A stretch of 64,000 nucleotides of DNA from a bacterium (GCA_043811915.1 JBDRMS010000001.1:14499-78498), one strand, 5' to 3'. Shown: positions 18,249-26,984, counted from the first letter of the stretch. Program-made: numbers and translations. The notes: generated by a model from the sequence alone, not told the origin.

Positions 18249-18725
18249 ATGATGATTTATAAGAATTTAATAAAAATAAGTTCAAGCATATTGTTGTCTC
18301 TTATTTTCATCGTTGCCTTAACGTTTGTGGCTGACGCAGGTCAAGGTTGTTGCTCTTGGCATGGCGGGCAGAGCTACTGTGATACATCGTCGGGCCGATG
18401 GGTATGCAATGATGGCACCTATAGTCCTAGTTGTATGTGCGCTGTTCCAAGACCAGTACCGCAGCCAATTGCTCAAGAAGCCTGTTCACCCTATTTATTT
18501 TGTCCCCCAAACTATCCATATACTTTACTGAATGGCGGAATGATATATAACTACCAAGTTCCGTATGTAGTTGAGTTTGTCTTTAACGATGTTTACGGAC
18601 ATAAACCAAACCAGGGAGAAAGTGCTTATTGGAAGCGTAGGTTGCGTACAGATAAAAGTACTGTCAGTGCCTTATTAAATACGATGCGCTACTGGAAAAG
18701 CAAAAAAAATTCACCGGTGTTATAA
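18249..18725 (+). CDS. Exported protein with Cys-rich GCCSWHGG domain and a C-terminal helical repeat
   Basis: Signal peptide; GCCSWHGG..C....CNDGTYSPSC; VF.DVYGHKP..GESAYWKRR. Confidence 0.75.
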   Translation: MMIYKNLIKISSSILLSLIFIVALTFVADAGQGCCSWHGGQSYCDTSSGRWVCNDGTYSPSCMCAVPRPVPQPIAQEACSPYLFCPPNYPYTLLNGGMIYNYQVPYVVEFVFNDVYGHKPNQGESAYWKRRLRTDKSTVSALLNTMRYWKSKKNSPVL

Positions 18726-18741
18726 TCTAATATAAATTGCT

Positions 18742-19458
18742 ATGAAAAAACTACTTATTATCGTTTTGGCAGGTTTGCTAATAGCCCCCTCGGCATATGC
18801 CGAGTTTAGAGTGCTGCCATTTTCTTATTCTACTCCATATATTCCTTATAACCCTACTCCAAGAATAGCACCCAGCGTAACGCTACCCCTTATTCCACCT
18901 CCTATTACAACAAAACCAGTCGCAAGAGTACCCGTAACTCCAGTGGACGTTACTCCTTTCGATGAAGCTAGGGCTAAGCTCTTTGCAGACTGGGCTGAAA
19001 CAAACAGAGTAAGTGCGGAACGTTGGGCTGAAAAAGATAGATTAGCGAAAGAACAGCAGGCTGCAAAAGTAGTTCCTGAAGTACCCAATTACTTAGTCCC
19101 TTGGGTAATAGGGCAGATATTCAGCGATGTATATGGACATAAAATAACTCCTTCAGAAAGCACCTACTGGAAAAATCGAATGCGTACGGATAAACCCACC
19201 ATTGCAAGTCTTCAAGGCGCAATGTATTGGCATAAATCTCATGGCTCAACTGGTGTAACTGTCTCTCAAGTTGCGGGAGCTACAATGAGCTCTACTGATT
19301 TAGTTGGCCAAATTAACTCTTTGTTCCGTTCTGTCTACGAACGTAACCCCTCTATATCTGAAAACAAATACTGGCTAACACGTATTGCAGATAAGCCTAC
19401 AGAGGAAATGATGCTTGGTGCAATGATATTTCATAAGTTAAATAACATTAGTCACTAA
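18742..19458 (+). CDS. Exported Pro-rich protein with two copies of the same helical repeat
   Basis: Signal peptide ending AYA; IFSDVYGHKITPSESTYWKNR and LFRSVYERNPSISENKYWLTR. Confidence 0.78.
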   Translation: MKKLLIIVLAGLLIAPSAYAEFRVLPFSYSTPYIPYNPTPRIAPSVTLPLIPPPITTKPVARVPVTPVDVTPFDEARAKLFADWAETNRVSAERWAEKDRLAKEQQAAKVVPEVPNYLVPWVIGQIFSDVYGHKITPSESTYWKNRMRTDKPTIASLQGAMYWHKSHGSTGVTVSQVAGATMSSTDLVGQINSLFRSVYERNPSISENKYWLTRIADKPTEEMMLGAMIFHKLNNISH

Positions 19459-19469
19459 GGGCAACAAAA

Positions 19470-19886
19470 TCACTTCTTAACATTTTGTTGCATCGCATTA
19501 AAAATATTTACTTGTGAAGACCCTTTATCAATGCCCAATAACCGCCCAAAAACAAGAAAATACTTAAATCTTGTAACGTAGTCCGGCACTTCCCTGTAAT
19601 AAACACTCTTTGTTGCTCCAAGCCCGTCTGAGAGAGCCCTCATATATGTTTCCGCAGTAAACCCCCCAACGGCCAAAAGGTCAGAAACACTAACTTTTGC
19701 TAACTGACGAGCACCTAATACCCTCGCAGACTGTTTTGTTACATGAGGATGAAGTTTTATATACGCTTTGCTGGCATTGCCTCCATTCTCAAACCACTCA
19801 TTAAAAAACAAGGCCAGCGCCTTATCATCTCGAAAGACTTCTGATAGGGTCCCCTGTGTTGGTTCTATCGCCTGAATATTGCCCAT
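19470..19886 (-). CDS. Terminase small subunit-like protein
   Basis: FFNEWFENGGNASKAYIKLHP....SARVLGARQL resembles the TerS N-terminal HTH. Confidence 0.6.
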   Translation of the reverse strand: MGNIQAIEPTQGTLSEVFRDDKALALFFNEWFENGGNASKAYIKLHPHVTKQSARVLGARQLAKVSVSDLLAVGGFTAETYMRALSDGLGATKSVYYREVPDYVTRFKYFLVFGRLLGIDKGSSQVNIFNAMQQNVKK

Positions 19887-20129
19887 GTTTATATTTTGTC
19901 GAACATGAGGCTTGGTTTTCAACTCAGAGTCGCGTACCAGGTGTTCCAAACTTTAAGAAAAATCACAGCCGACTTACAACAACCACGCCAAAAGCACATA
20001 CTAAATAGTCATATTCCTATTCCAACAATCTCTTATCTGGTAACATAAACTTTCCTATCGCCGCCTCACAAGCAGCTTCATAGTTTTAATAGTTTTGACA
20101 CCAAGTGTTAAATCGTTACCACTATCCTC

Positions 20130-20333
20130 TTAACTGTTTTTGGCGTCCTCTTTCATTTGATTAGTTCCTTTACGCCAAAGATAGATGCCATTTATCACGA
20201 TCAATAAATAAATCAATGCACCGAAGATACTCCCTGAATCACTTTCGAAGGCACCAATAACACACCCAACAATCCCCAAGCCTCCAAGTACCACCATTGG
20301 CAACCCTACAATACGTCTCCAATTAGATTTCAT
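20130..20333 (-). CDS. Small two-TM membrane protein
   Basis: Two hydrophobic helices in 67 aa. Confidence 0.65.
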   Translation of the reverse strand: MKSNWRRIVGLPMVVLGGLGIVGCVIGAFESDSGSIFGALIYLLIVINGIYLWRKGTNQMKEDAKNS

Positions 20334-20491
20334 GACATTACGGTAGCAGTCGCTTGATCAAGTTGCAACGATTACAAGCACAGCCGGGCTATAAGCCGCT
20401 GTTTGGGTTCGCCTTACAAGCAATCCATCTAACCCGTGTCGTTATTATCATTGCCTAGGATGTTTTCTAACTGCTAGACTTAATAAGGTTA

Positions 20492-21253
20492 ATGTCTATT
20501 GAAGATCACGTAGAAATCAAGCTTGATACCCTGAACGCAATATCTGCGCACGAGCATAAGCTAGTCGAAGCTGCACCTGAAAAGTATGGAGCTTATTGGG
20601 AGAATGCTGAGAAAAGTGTTATGGCGATTCAAACCTTTTCAGTGAAATATGAGCGAGAGGCTCTGGTCTCAATGTTTCTCCTGGTGGCAATGAATCAGTA
20701 TGCTTCCCTTGCTTTGTTGTCGGCTGCGAGAAAACATGCGGCGCAATCAGCGCTATGTTTTAGGTTTATGCTTGAAGCCGCAGTGCTTTCAGCGTATTCG
20801 CTTTTTGACGACCAAATGTCGCAGTTGTCTAAACCAGGTACCGCCCAATCTATAGTGGAGAAATTTATGAATCTTAAAGAATCGAAGAATATCAGAAAAA
20901 AAGCACATGCTTGGATTGAAGAAAGTTTTCCAACCCACTCTTCGCGTATCGAGGAGCTAAAAACAAAATATATAAACAAGATATATGCCCATGTAAATAT
21001 TCCTAACGTGATTTCTGCTGTACGCTCAGCTGAGAAGATTTCTGGTTCTTTGTTTTTCGACGCGGAGGATAGTTACGCAATAAAGCGATCTATGTGGGCT
21101 ATAACAGATGGCATTCTTTGCTCAATTGATTTAGTCTCAGCCTCATTCGCAAAAAGCAGTAAGGGGAAACTTGACCCGCGCGCACTTAGTAGGTTGTACA
21201 AAATCCAACAAGTCCACCTAAAGCTAAAAACGGAGTTGAAGAAAGGGCGATAA
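20492..21253 (+). CDS. Hypothetical all-helical cargo protein (possibly HEPN-like)
   Basis: FRFMLEAA...Y segment and NKIYAH; last gene of the element. Confidence 0.65.
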   Translation: MSIEDHVEIKLDTLNAISAHEHKLVEAAPEKYGAYWENAEKSVMAIQTFSVKYEREALVSMFLLVAMNQYASLALLSAARKHAAQSALCFRFMLEAAVLSAYSLFDDQMSQLSKPGTAQSIVEKFMNLKESKNIRKKAHAWIEESFPTHSSRIEELKTKYINKIYAHVNIPNVISAVRSAEKISGSLFFDAEDSYAIKRSMWAITDGILCSIDLVSASFAKSSKGKLDPRALSRLYKIQQVHLKLKTELKKGR

Positions 21254-21422
21254 GATGGTTTCAAACTCTTCCTACCTGCTGGGGTTGTAAGTAAAGCTAC
21301 GCGGGCTGAAATATCGCCGCCAGCGTCCTAACTTCTCCAAACAATTGGTCTATTATGCTATCTTTAGCGGTTCGACGTGATAATATAAGGGTGGACATTT
21401 TAAGGATTACAAATAATGGTGG

Positions 21423-21472
21423 CTGACCCCATTAACTGCCCCATTAACTGACCCATTAACTGACCCCATTAA
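21423..21472. repeat. Tandem repeat, 4 x 12-13 bp CTG(A)CCC(C)ATTAA
   Basis: ctgaccccattaa-ctgccccattaa-ctgacccattaa-ctgaccccattaa. Confidence 0.9.
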
Positions 21473-21530
21473 CCCTAAAAACCGTACGGCAGTTGACAAG
21501 ATAAGGGGTTGTGTTGTATGTTCAGCGGTT

Positions 21531-21887
21531 ATGATTGAGAAACGTTCAATAGTACTGACCATCGTTGTTTTAGCCATGTTGTTTGCAGGTATGCTTTTGT
21601 ACTTGTTTACTTCCGGCGGGGGCTTGCCGCAAGCAAAAATTGCCATAAATCCTGAAGAGCCACAAGCAATGGAAGCAACGGACGCGCCGGAAGCGGAGAT
21701 AACGGCCGGGGTGACGGATGTGAGCGTAGTGAATGAAGCGAAGGATGAGGCTCTTGATGTATCACCAACTGCGGCCACGGGGGTAAAAGGCTATGTGATC
21801 ATGGCCGCGGGGCTGGCCGTGCTGATGGGGCTGATTGGTTTGATTACTGCCTGGCGGAAGTCTTCAGCTCGGCAAGTTGAGCTGTAA
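21531..21887 (+). CDS. Small membrane protein with a C-terminal sortase-like sorting signal
   Basis: N-terminal TM, acidic linker, PTAATG + TM + basic tail. Confidence 0.7.
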   Translation: MIEKRSIVLTIVVLAMLFAGMLLYLFTSGGGLPQAKIAINPEEPQAMEATDAPEAEITAGVTDVSVVNEAKDEALDVSPTAATGVKGYVIMAAGLAVLMGLIGLITAWRKSSARQVEL

Positions 21888-22758
21888 GGGAATGTTGCAG
21901 AGGCAGGTTGTCCATGCGGCGAGCAATAGATAGTAGTCGTTTAATAATGACGACGTTGCTCGGGTCGGCGTCGTGAGCCTTTTTGAGTGCTTCCATGGCT
22001 TTGGTTAGCCTACCGGCCTTGTAGTTGGCGTAGCCCAGAGCGGCATAACACCCCTTGGTGTTTGGCTTAAGGCTAACTACTTGCTCAAACACTTCAGAGG
22101 CTTCACTCCAGTTATGGCGGCCCAGAGCGGCTTTGCCCAGCAGCATGTAGGCGTGCGTGTTCCTGGGATGCTTAGCCAGAAATGGAACCAGTGTTTTTTC
22201 GGCGCTTTGGTAACGACAAGCGCTTAGCTGCTGGCGGGCTGTATCGAGAGAAGTAGCTTTTGGTTTTTTGAAAAAAATCTTTTTGGCCAGGGTGGGTTTG
22301 GCGCTTGGTGTCAGGCTCACCGGCGGGGAGGAGACGGGCTTGGCAGAGACCGGTTTTTCTATCATGCGTAAGACCGGCCTGGTTTCTTTTGATGTAATTT
22401 TCTGGCTAATCTTCACCTGGCCGGCTTTCTCTTTAGCTTTATTGAGTGTGCGGCGAATTTTGGCCAGGTATTTGGTGGGTGGCTTGATAGTGGGAAGATT
22501 GCGCAGGGCAGCTATTTTTTCTTTAATTTGAAGTAGCAGCTGCTGGAGCGAGTGTCCAGCAACAGATAACCGATTTTTTATTACGTGAACACTTTTTTGA
22601 CTCGGTCCAAGTAACACGGCGAAGTCGCGAGTACTGGTGGTGCGGACGGCGGCGGCGAGATTTTGCCGATGCAACCTGGTCACTACTCGAGAAACAACGT
22701 AAATAGTCCCTCCGAGGGAGGCGAAGAATACCAGAGGAGGAAGGACATTGTATAGCAT
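21844..22758 (-). CDS. Membrane-anchored TPR protein
   Basis: N-terminal TM; AYMLLG, YAALG TPR motifs. Confidence 0.8.
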   Translation of the reverse strand: MLYNVLPPLVFFASLGGTIYVVSRVVTRLHRQNLAAAVRTTSTRDFAVLLGPSQKSVHVIKNRLSVAGHSLQQLLLQIKEKIAALRNLPTIKPPTKYLAKIRRTLNKAKEKAGQVKISQKITSKETRPVLRMIEKPVSAKPVSSPPVSLTPSAKPTLAKKIFFKKPKATSLDTARQQLSACRYQSAEKTLVPFLAKHPRNTHAYMLLGKAALGRHNWSEASEVFEQVVSLKPNTKGCYAALGYANYKAGRLTKAMEALKKAHDADPSNVVIIKRLLSIARRMDNLPLQHSLTAQLAELKTSARQ

Positions 22759-22839
22759 GCGCACTTGTTCACTGTCATCTTATCAAGAGTGAACTGCTCC
22801 GCCAAGAGGTTTAAGCGCGACTTATTAACAATTTTTCCC

Positions 22840-23424
22840 CTATATGGCTATACGAGTGAATTCGCCGATACTGATATTTTCGCCAAGTTCCTGAATAGCC
22901 TCTTTGATTAGATCTGCAACAGTTTTATTAGGATCTTTGACGAAGGGCTGGGTAAGCAAGGCTCTTTCGGAGCGGAACTTATTGAGTTTGCCGGCAACCA
23001 TTTTGATTTGAATCTCCTTCGGTTTGCCCGACTCTCTGGCTTGTTCTTCGGCGATGGCTTGTTCTTCGGCGATAGCTTGTTCAGAAATGTCATCGGGGCT
23101 AACGGCCACCGGGTCCATGGCGGCAATGTGCAGGGCAATACTATGAGCTAACTCCTGAAATTTACTGTTGCGGGCAACAAAGTCTGTTTCACACAAGAGT
23201 GTGACCAAAACGGCAATTTTACCGTTGCCGTGAGTATAGGAGGCGATTGTTCCTTCGCGGGTATCACGCTCGGCTTTTTTGGCAGCGCCGGCTATGCCCT
23301 TTTTTCGCAGGACAACAATAGCCTGTTCAATGTCGCCGTTGGTTTCCTGCAAGGCTTTCTGGCAGTCAACAATGCCGCAGCCGGTGCGGTTTCTTAATTC
23401 CTTAACTTGTTTTGGTCTAATCAT
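22840..23424 (-). CDS. tsf: Elongation factor Ts
   Basis: VKELRNRTG, CETDFVA, LLTQPFVKDP. Confidence 0.97.
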   Translation of the reverse strand: MIRPKQVKELRNRTGCGIVDCQKALQETNGDIEQAIVVLRKKGIAGAAKKAERDTREGTIASYTHGNGKIAVLVTLLCETDFVARNSKFQELAHSIALHIAAMDPVAVSPDDISEQAIAEEQAIAEEQARESGKPKEIQIKMVAGKLNKFRSERALLTQPFVKDPNKTVADLIKEAIQELGENISIGEFTRIAI

Positions 23425-24128
23425 TTTGATGGGCGATTTTTAAGGATAGCTTTAGTTAACGTACCGACAATAAGATCTATGGAACGAATGGCGTCGTCAT
23501 TGGCCGGAATGGGATAATCGAGCAGTTCAGGGTCGGTGTTGGTGTCGGTAATACCAACAATCGGAATACCCACACGTTTAGCTTCACGCACGGCTAGTTT
23601 TTCATCATGAGCGCCAACGACGATAACGACGGCTGGCAGCTTGCGCAGATTTTTTATTCCTTCAAGAACCTCCTCCAGGCGTTCGATTTCCTTGGCATGG
23701 ACAGAGCGTTCTTTTTTGGTCATTTTTTCCATGGCCGGTGTTTCGGTCATGCCCTTGAGCTCATCCAGTTTTTCGATGCTTTTGAGGACGGTAGAAAAAT
23801 TAGTGAGCGTGCCGCCAAGCCAGCGCTGAGTAACATAGGGCTGGCCCACGCTTTCAGCGTACTTGCGGACAATGTCACGGGCCTGGCGCTTGGTGCCGAC
23901 AAAGAGAATTTCTTTATTAGCATCCTTGCTGACTTGATGAACAAATTCTACCGCTCTGGCCAGGGCGGTGTGGGTTTTTTCCAGGTCAATAATGGCCATG
24001 CGGTTGCGAAGCATGAAGACATAGCTGTCCATACGAGGGTTTTTCTTACTGCGTTCGTGACCGAAGTGAACCCCGGCTTCCAGCATGTCTATTAGCTTGG
24101 GAATTTGAACTGGTGTATTAGTGGCCAT
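23421..24128 (-). CDS. rpsB: 30S ribosomal protein S2
   Basis: MLEAGVHFGH, RWLGGTLTN, PANDDA. Confidence 0.98.
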   Translation of the reverse strand: MATNTPVQIPKLIDMLEAGVHFGHERSKKNPRMDSYVFMLRNRMAIIDLEKTHTALARAVEFVHQVSKDANKEILFVGTKRQARDIVRKYAESVGQPYVTQRWLGGTLTNFSTVLKSIEKLDELKGMTETPAMEKMTKKERSVHAKEIERLEEVLEGIKNLRKLPAVVIVVGAHDEKLAVREAKRVGIPIVGITDTNTDPELLDYPIPANDDAIRSIDLIVGTLTKAILKNRPSK

Positions 24129-24191
24129 AATGAGGCATACCATAACCTAACTACTTGTAAAAAACAACTCTATTTACTATAATCAGCAGGC

Positions 24192-24467
24192 ATGAAAGCA
24201 AAAATACATCCTAAATACCACAAAAAGGCAAAAGCAGCGTGTTCCTGCGGCGTTAAGTTTGAAGTCGGCTCAACGGAAGAGAAGCTGGAAGTTGAAGTGT
24301 GCTCCAGTTGTCATCCTTTTTACACAGGCAAGCAAAAACTGGCTGACGTAGCAGGAAGAATAGACAAGTTCAAAAAACGCTTGTCTCAAGCCGAGAAGGC
24401 TGATAAAAATAAGAAGATAAAGAAAGAGCGAAAAAAAACCAGGAAGGATACTACCGTGAAGCTTTAG
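24192..24467 (+). CDS. rpmE: 50S ribosomal protein L31
   Basis: [25 protein letters not shown]. Confidence 0.97.
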   Translation: MKAKIHPKYHKKAKAACSCGVKFEVGSTEEKLEVEVCSSCHPFYTGKQKLADVAGRIDKFKKRLSQAEKADKNKKIKKERKKTRKDTTVKL

Positions 24468-24470
24468 CTG

Positions 24471-25550
24471 ATGAAGTTGCCGAGCGCTAAACAACTGGAA
24501 CAGGAGCTGGACCAGCTGGCGCAGCAGATGGCTGATCCGGCAGTAGCTAGGCAACCGGCTCGAATGCGAGAGCTGGCGAACGAGCATCGCCAAAAAAAAG
24601 AACTGTTTTTGTTAGTGGAGAAGCGTGAGGTGGTATTGAAAGAATTGGACGAGCTTGCTGAACTGGTAAAGTCGGAGCAGGCAGAGCTGCAAGATCTGGC
24701 ATGGCAGGATAAAGAACGGCTGGAGTTGGAGATGGCCAGACTCAATGAACAAATTGAGATAACCTTGACCCCGAGAGATCCGCGTGACGCACGTGACGTG
24801 ATGCTGGAAATACGGGCTGGAGCTGGCGGAGAAGAGGCGGCATTATTCGCCGCTGAATTATTTAGAGCATATAGCCGATATGCTGAAATCAGAGGCTGGC
24901 AAGTGCACACTATTAGCTCGACTGCCAGCGAGCAAGGCGGCTATAAGGAGATCGTGGCGGAAGTAAACGCTGCCCCACTTCGCCAAGGCTTCGCGGGGCA
25001 AACTTCAGGCCCTTTCGAGGTCCTGAAGTTTGAGAGGGGTGTACAACGGGTGCAGCGGGTGCCAGAGACAGAAAAGATGGGACGTATTCACACTTCCACG
25101 GTGACGGTGGCAGTGTTACCGCAGGCGAAGGAAGTAGATATTGAAGTGCGACCAGAGGATTTGCGTATTGATACTTACCGCGCCAGCGGCGCGGGCGGCC
25201 AGCATGTAAACAAGACCAGTTCAGCCGTGCGTATCACGCACTTGCCCACCAATACTGTGGTGGCGGTACAGGACGAGAGAAGCCAGCACAAAAATAGGTC
25301 CAAGGCTATGAGTGTACTGCGGACACGGTTATTGGACGCGCAGGAACGAGCGAGACATAGCGAGGAAGCCAGTGAGCGAAAGGCTCAAGTGGGTACGGGT
25401 GACAGGTCGGAAAAAATTCGAACTTACAACTACCCGCAGGATCGGATAACTGATCACAGAATAAAGAAGTCCTGGAGTAATATTTCGAAAGTTATGGAAG
25501 GGAACTTTGATAATATTTTTAATGATCTCAAAGAGAATAAGAAAGAATAA
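24471..25550 (+). CDS. prfA: Peptide chain release factor 1
   Basis: [14 protein letters not shown] (PxT), [15 protein letters not shown]. Confidence 0.97.
   Translation: MKLPSAKQLEQELDQLAQQMADPAVARQPARMRELANEHRQKKELFLLVEKREVVLKELDELAELVKSEQAELQDLAWQDKERLELEMARLNEQIEITLTPRDPRDARDVMLEIRAGAGGEEAALFAAELFRAYSRYAEIRGWQVHTISSTASEQGGYKEIVAEVNAAPLRQGFAGQTSGPFEVLKFERGVQRVQRVPETEKMGRIHTSTVTVAVLPQAKEVDIEVRPEDLRIDTYRASGAGGQHVNKTSSAVRITHLPTNTVVAVQDERSQHKNRSKAMSVLRTRLLDAQERARHSEEASERKAQVGTGDRSEKIRTYNYPQDRITDHRIKKSWSNISKVMEGNFDNIFNDLKENKKE
24972..25001 (+). repeat. REP-like palindromic repeat inside prfA (in frame)
   Basis: GCCCCACTTCGCCAAGGCTTCGCGGGGCAA, 30 nt, encodes [10 protein letters not shown]. Confidence 0.8.
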
Positions 25551-25557
25551 AGCCCAA

Positions 25558-26304
25558 ATGCCAAAATCCAAATGTTCAATCAAATCCCAAATCCAAAGGG
25601 CGCGACTACAGCTTGCTCAAGTCTCCGATGCGCCTGAATTGGATGCGACGTGGCTGATGTTGCATGTGCTGGGTCGAGATGAGTCGAGCTGGTTGCAGAT
25701 ACATGGGGAGAATAAATTAAACCCTGAAGAAGAGAGACAATATGCGGAATTGGTTAAACGAAGAAACACCGGGGAGCCACTGGCGTATATTCTGGGTTAT
25801 TGGGAGTTTTATGGACGCAAATTTTTGGTAAATAAAGATGTCCTAATCCCCCGCCCTTCTACCGAAAACCTGGTTGATGCCGTGTTGGCAAAATTACATA
25901 AAGGAATGGTTGTCGCCGACGTGGGAACAGGCAGCGGCTGCGTCATAATTACGCTCGCTTTGGAGCTCGCCAATTTTCAATTTTCAATTTTCAATTTTCA
26001 ATTGCTTGCGACTGACATATCCGACGCAGCATTAAAAATAGCAAAAGAGAATGCCGAATTGCATGGCGTGGCCGATAAAATTGAATTTATTCGAGGAGAT
26101 ATGATGGAAGCTCTAAAAAATATAAAGATAGATTTGATAGTGAGTAACCCGCCGTACGTCCCGACAAAAGAAATATTACCGTTTGAGCCGGCACTGGCGC
26201 TGAATGGCGGCAAGGATGGACAGTATTTTATCAGGCAAATAAAAGCCAGCGGCATTCCGGCGATAGTGGAAGGCATGGGCGGCAAAATTAATTTTTACAC
26301 TTAA
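25558..26304 (+). CDS. prmC: Release factor glutamine methyltransferase (short C-terminus)
   Basis: GEPLAYILG, VLIPRP, DVGTGSG, NPPY. Confidence 0.92.
   Translation: MPKSKCSIKSQIQRARLQLAQVSDAPELDATWLMLHVLGRDESSWLQIHGENKLNPEEERQYAELVKRRNTGEPLAYILGYWEFYGRKFLVNKDVLIPRPSTENLVDAVLAKLHKGMVVADVGTGSGCVIITLALELANFQFSIFNFQLLATDISDAALKIAKENAELHGVADKIEFIRGDMMEALKNIKIDLIVSNPPYVPTKEILPFEPALALNGGKDGQYFIRQIKASGIPAIVEGMGGKINFYT
25971..26003. repeat. Heptamer tandem repeat (CAATTTT)x4.7 inside prmC
   Basis: Encodes NFQFSIFNFQ. Confidence 0.9.
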
Positions 26305-26314
26305 AAAAGAAAAG

Positions 26315-26369
26315 GAGCGAGGGGAAGCGGGCAAAAAAATTTGGGTAAAATTTTTTTGCCCGCTCGCTC
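26315..26369. terminator. Long hairpin between convergent genes (probable bidirectional terminator)
   Basis: 17-bp perfect stem AGCGGGCAAAAAAATTT/AAATTTTTTTGCCCGCT. Confidence 0.7.
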
Positions 26370-26406
26370 AAATAACTCTTGGGAGGAAGAAAGCAGACAA
26401 AATTTT

Positions 26407-26682
26407 TTAGTGCGGCGGGTCTTCTGGCCAGTCGTCGAATCTTCTGTTGTCTTTACAGACTAGACAATTCCACGTTTGGATGTATTCCCTGAACTTTTCG
26501 TCAACTTCGGGGGGAATTTTCCACGACGATACCAAATTAGTGGGTCTCATGTTCGGCTGATGTCCCTCGAAGTATACTTTGCGCGTGCGACAGCCTAAAC
26601 AAACTTCGACAAGAATGATTTTCCGGCCTTGCAGTTCGGGCGGCAGGACGGACAGGGCAGCAGGCACTATACTAGTAGACAT
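26407..26682 (-). CDS. Small hypothetical protein with two CxxC motifs (putative Zn-binding)
   Basis: CLGC and CLVC; SD AAGGAG. Confidence 0.65.
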   Translation of the reverse strand: MSTSIVPAALSVLPPELQGRKIILVEVCLGCRTRKVYFEGHQPNMRPTNLVSSWKIPPEVDEKFREYIQTWNCLVCKDNRRFDDWPEDPPH

Positions 26683-26807
26683 TAGACTACTCCTTCCTTA
26701 GGTAGAATTGGTAAGGTGCAAAGAGGTACAAGCAAATTATGGAGAGCGTACTCCGGCGTCGGGATGGACGTCAAGCTCGGCCTGTGGATAAAAAAGAATA
26801 CGCTGCG

Positions 26808-26984
26808 TTAGAATGGGGTGTCGTCACGTATACAACGTATTTTTTCTATTAACTCTCTTTTGGGAACAAAGATTTGGAGAGGATTAGTTATTAAATCCTC
26901 TATGGATGGCACCTCGCAGGAGACACGAAACTGTTCCATTTTAGCAACGACCTCTTCTGGTATTTCCAGGATGAACTTGATCAT
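26808..26984 (-). CDS. 58-aa ribbon-helix-helix-like protein (absent from the ORF track)
   Basis: MIKFILEIPEEVVAKMEQFRVSCEVPSIEDLITNPL...; SD AAGGAG. Confidence 0.5.
   Translation of the reverse strand: MIKFILEIPEEVVAKMEQFRVSCEVPSIEDLITNPLQIFVPKRELIEKIRCIRDDTPF

Larger units (their letters stand above)
13443..21396. mobile_element. Integrated phage-satellite-like element at the tRNA-Tyr 3' end
   Basis: Shared TGGAC core at 13443-13447 and 21392-21396; the rejoined attP is an imperfect inverted repeat; encodes serine recombinase, replication-like and TerS-like genes. Confidence 0.82.

Noticed and set aside
13443-21396. Complete prophage
   Set aside because: No capsid, portal, large terminase, tail or lysis genes
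21423-21472. CRISPR array
   Set aside because: Units are 12-13 bp and contiguous, with no spacers and no cas genes
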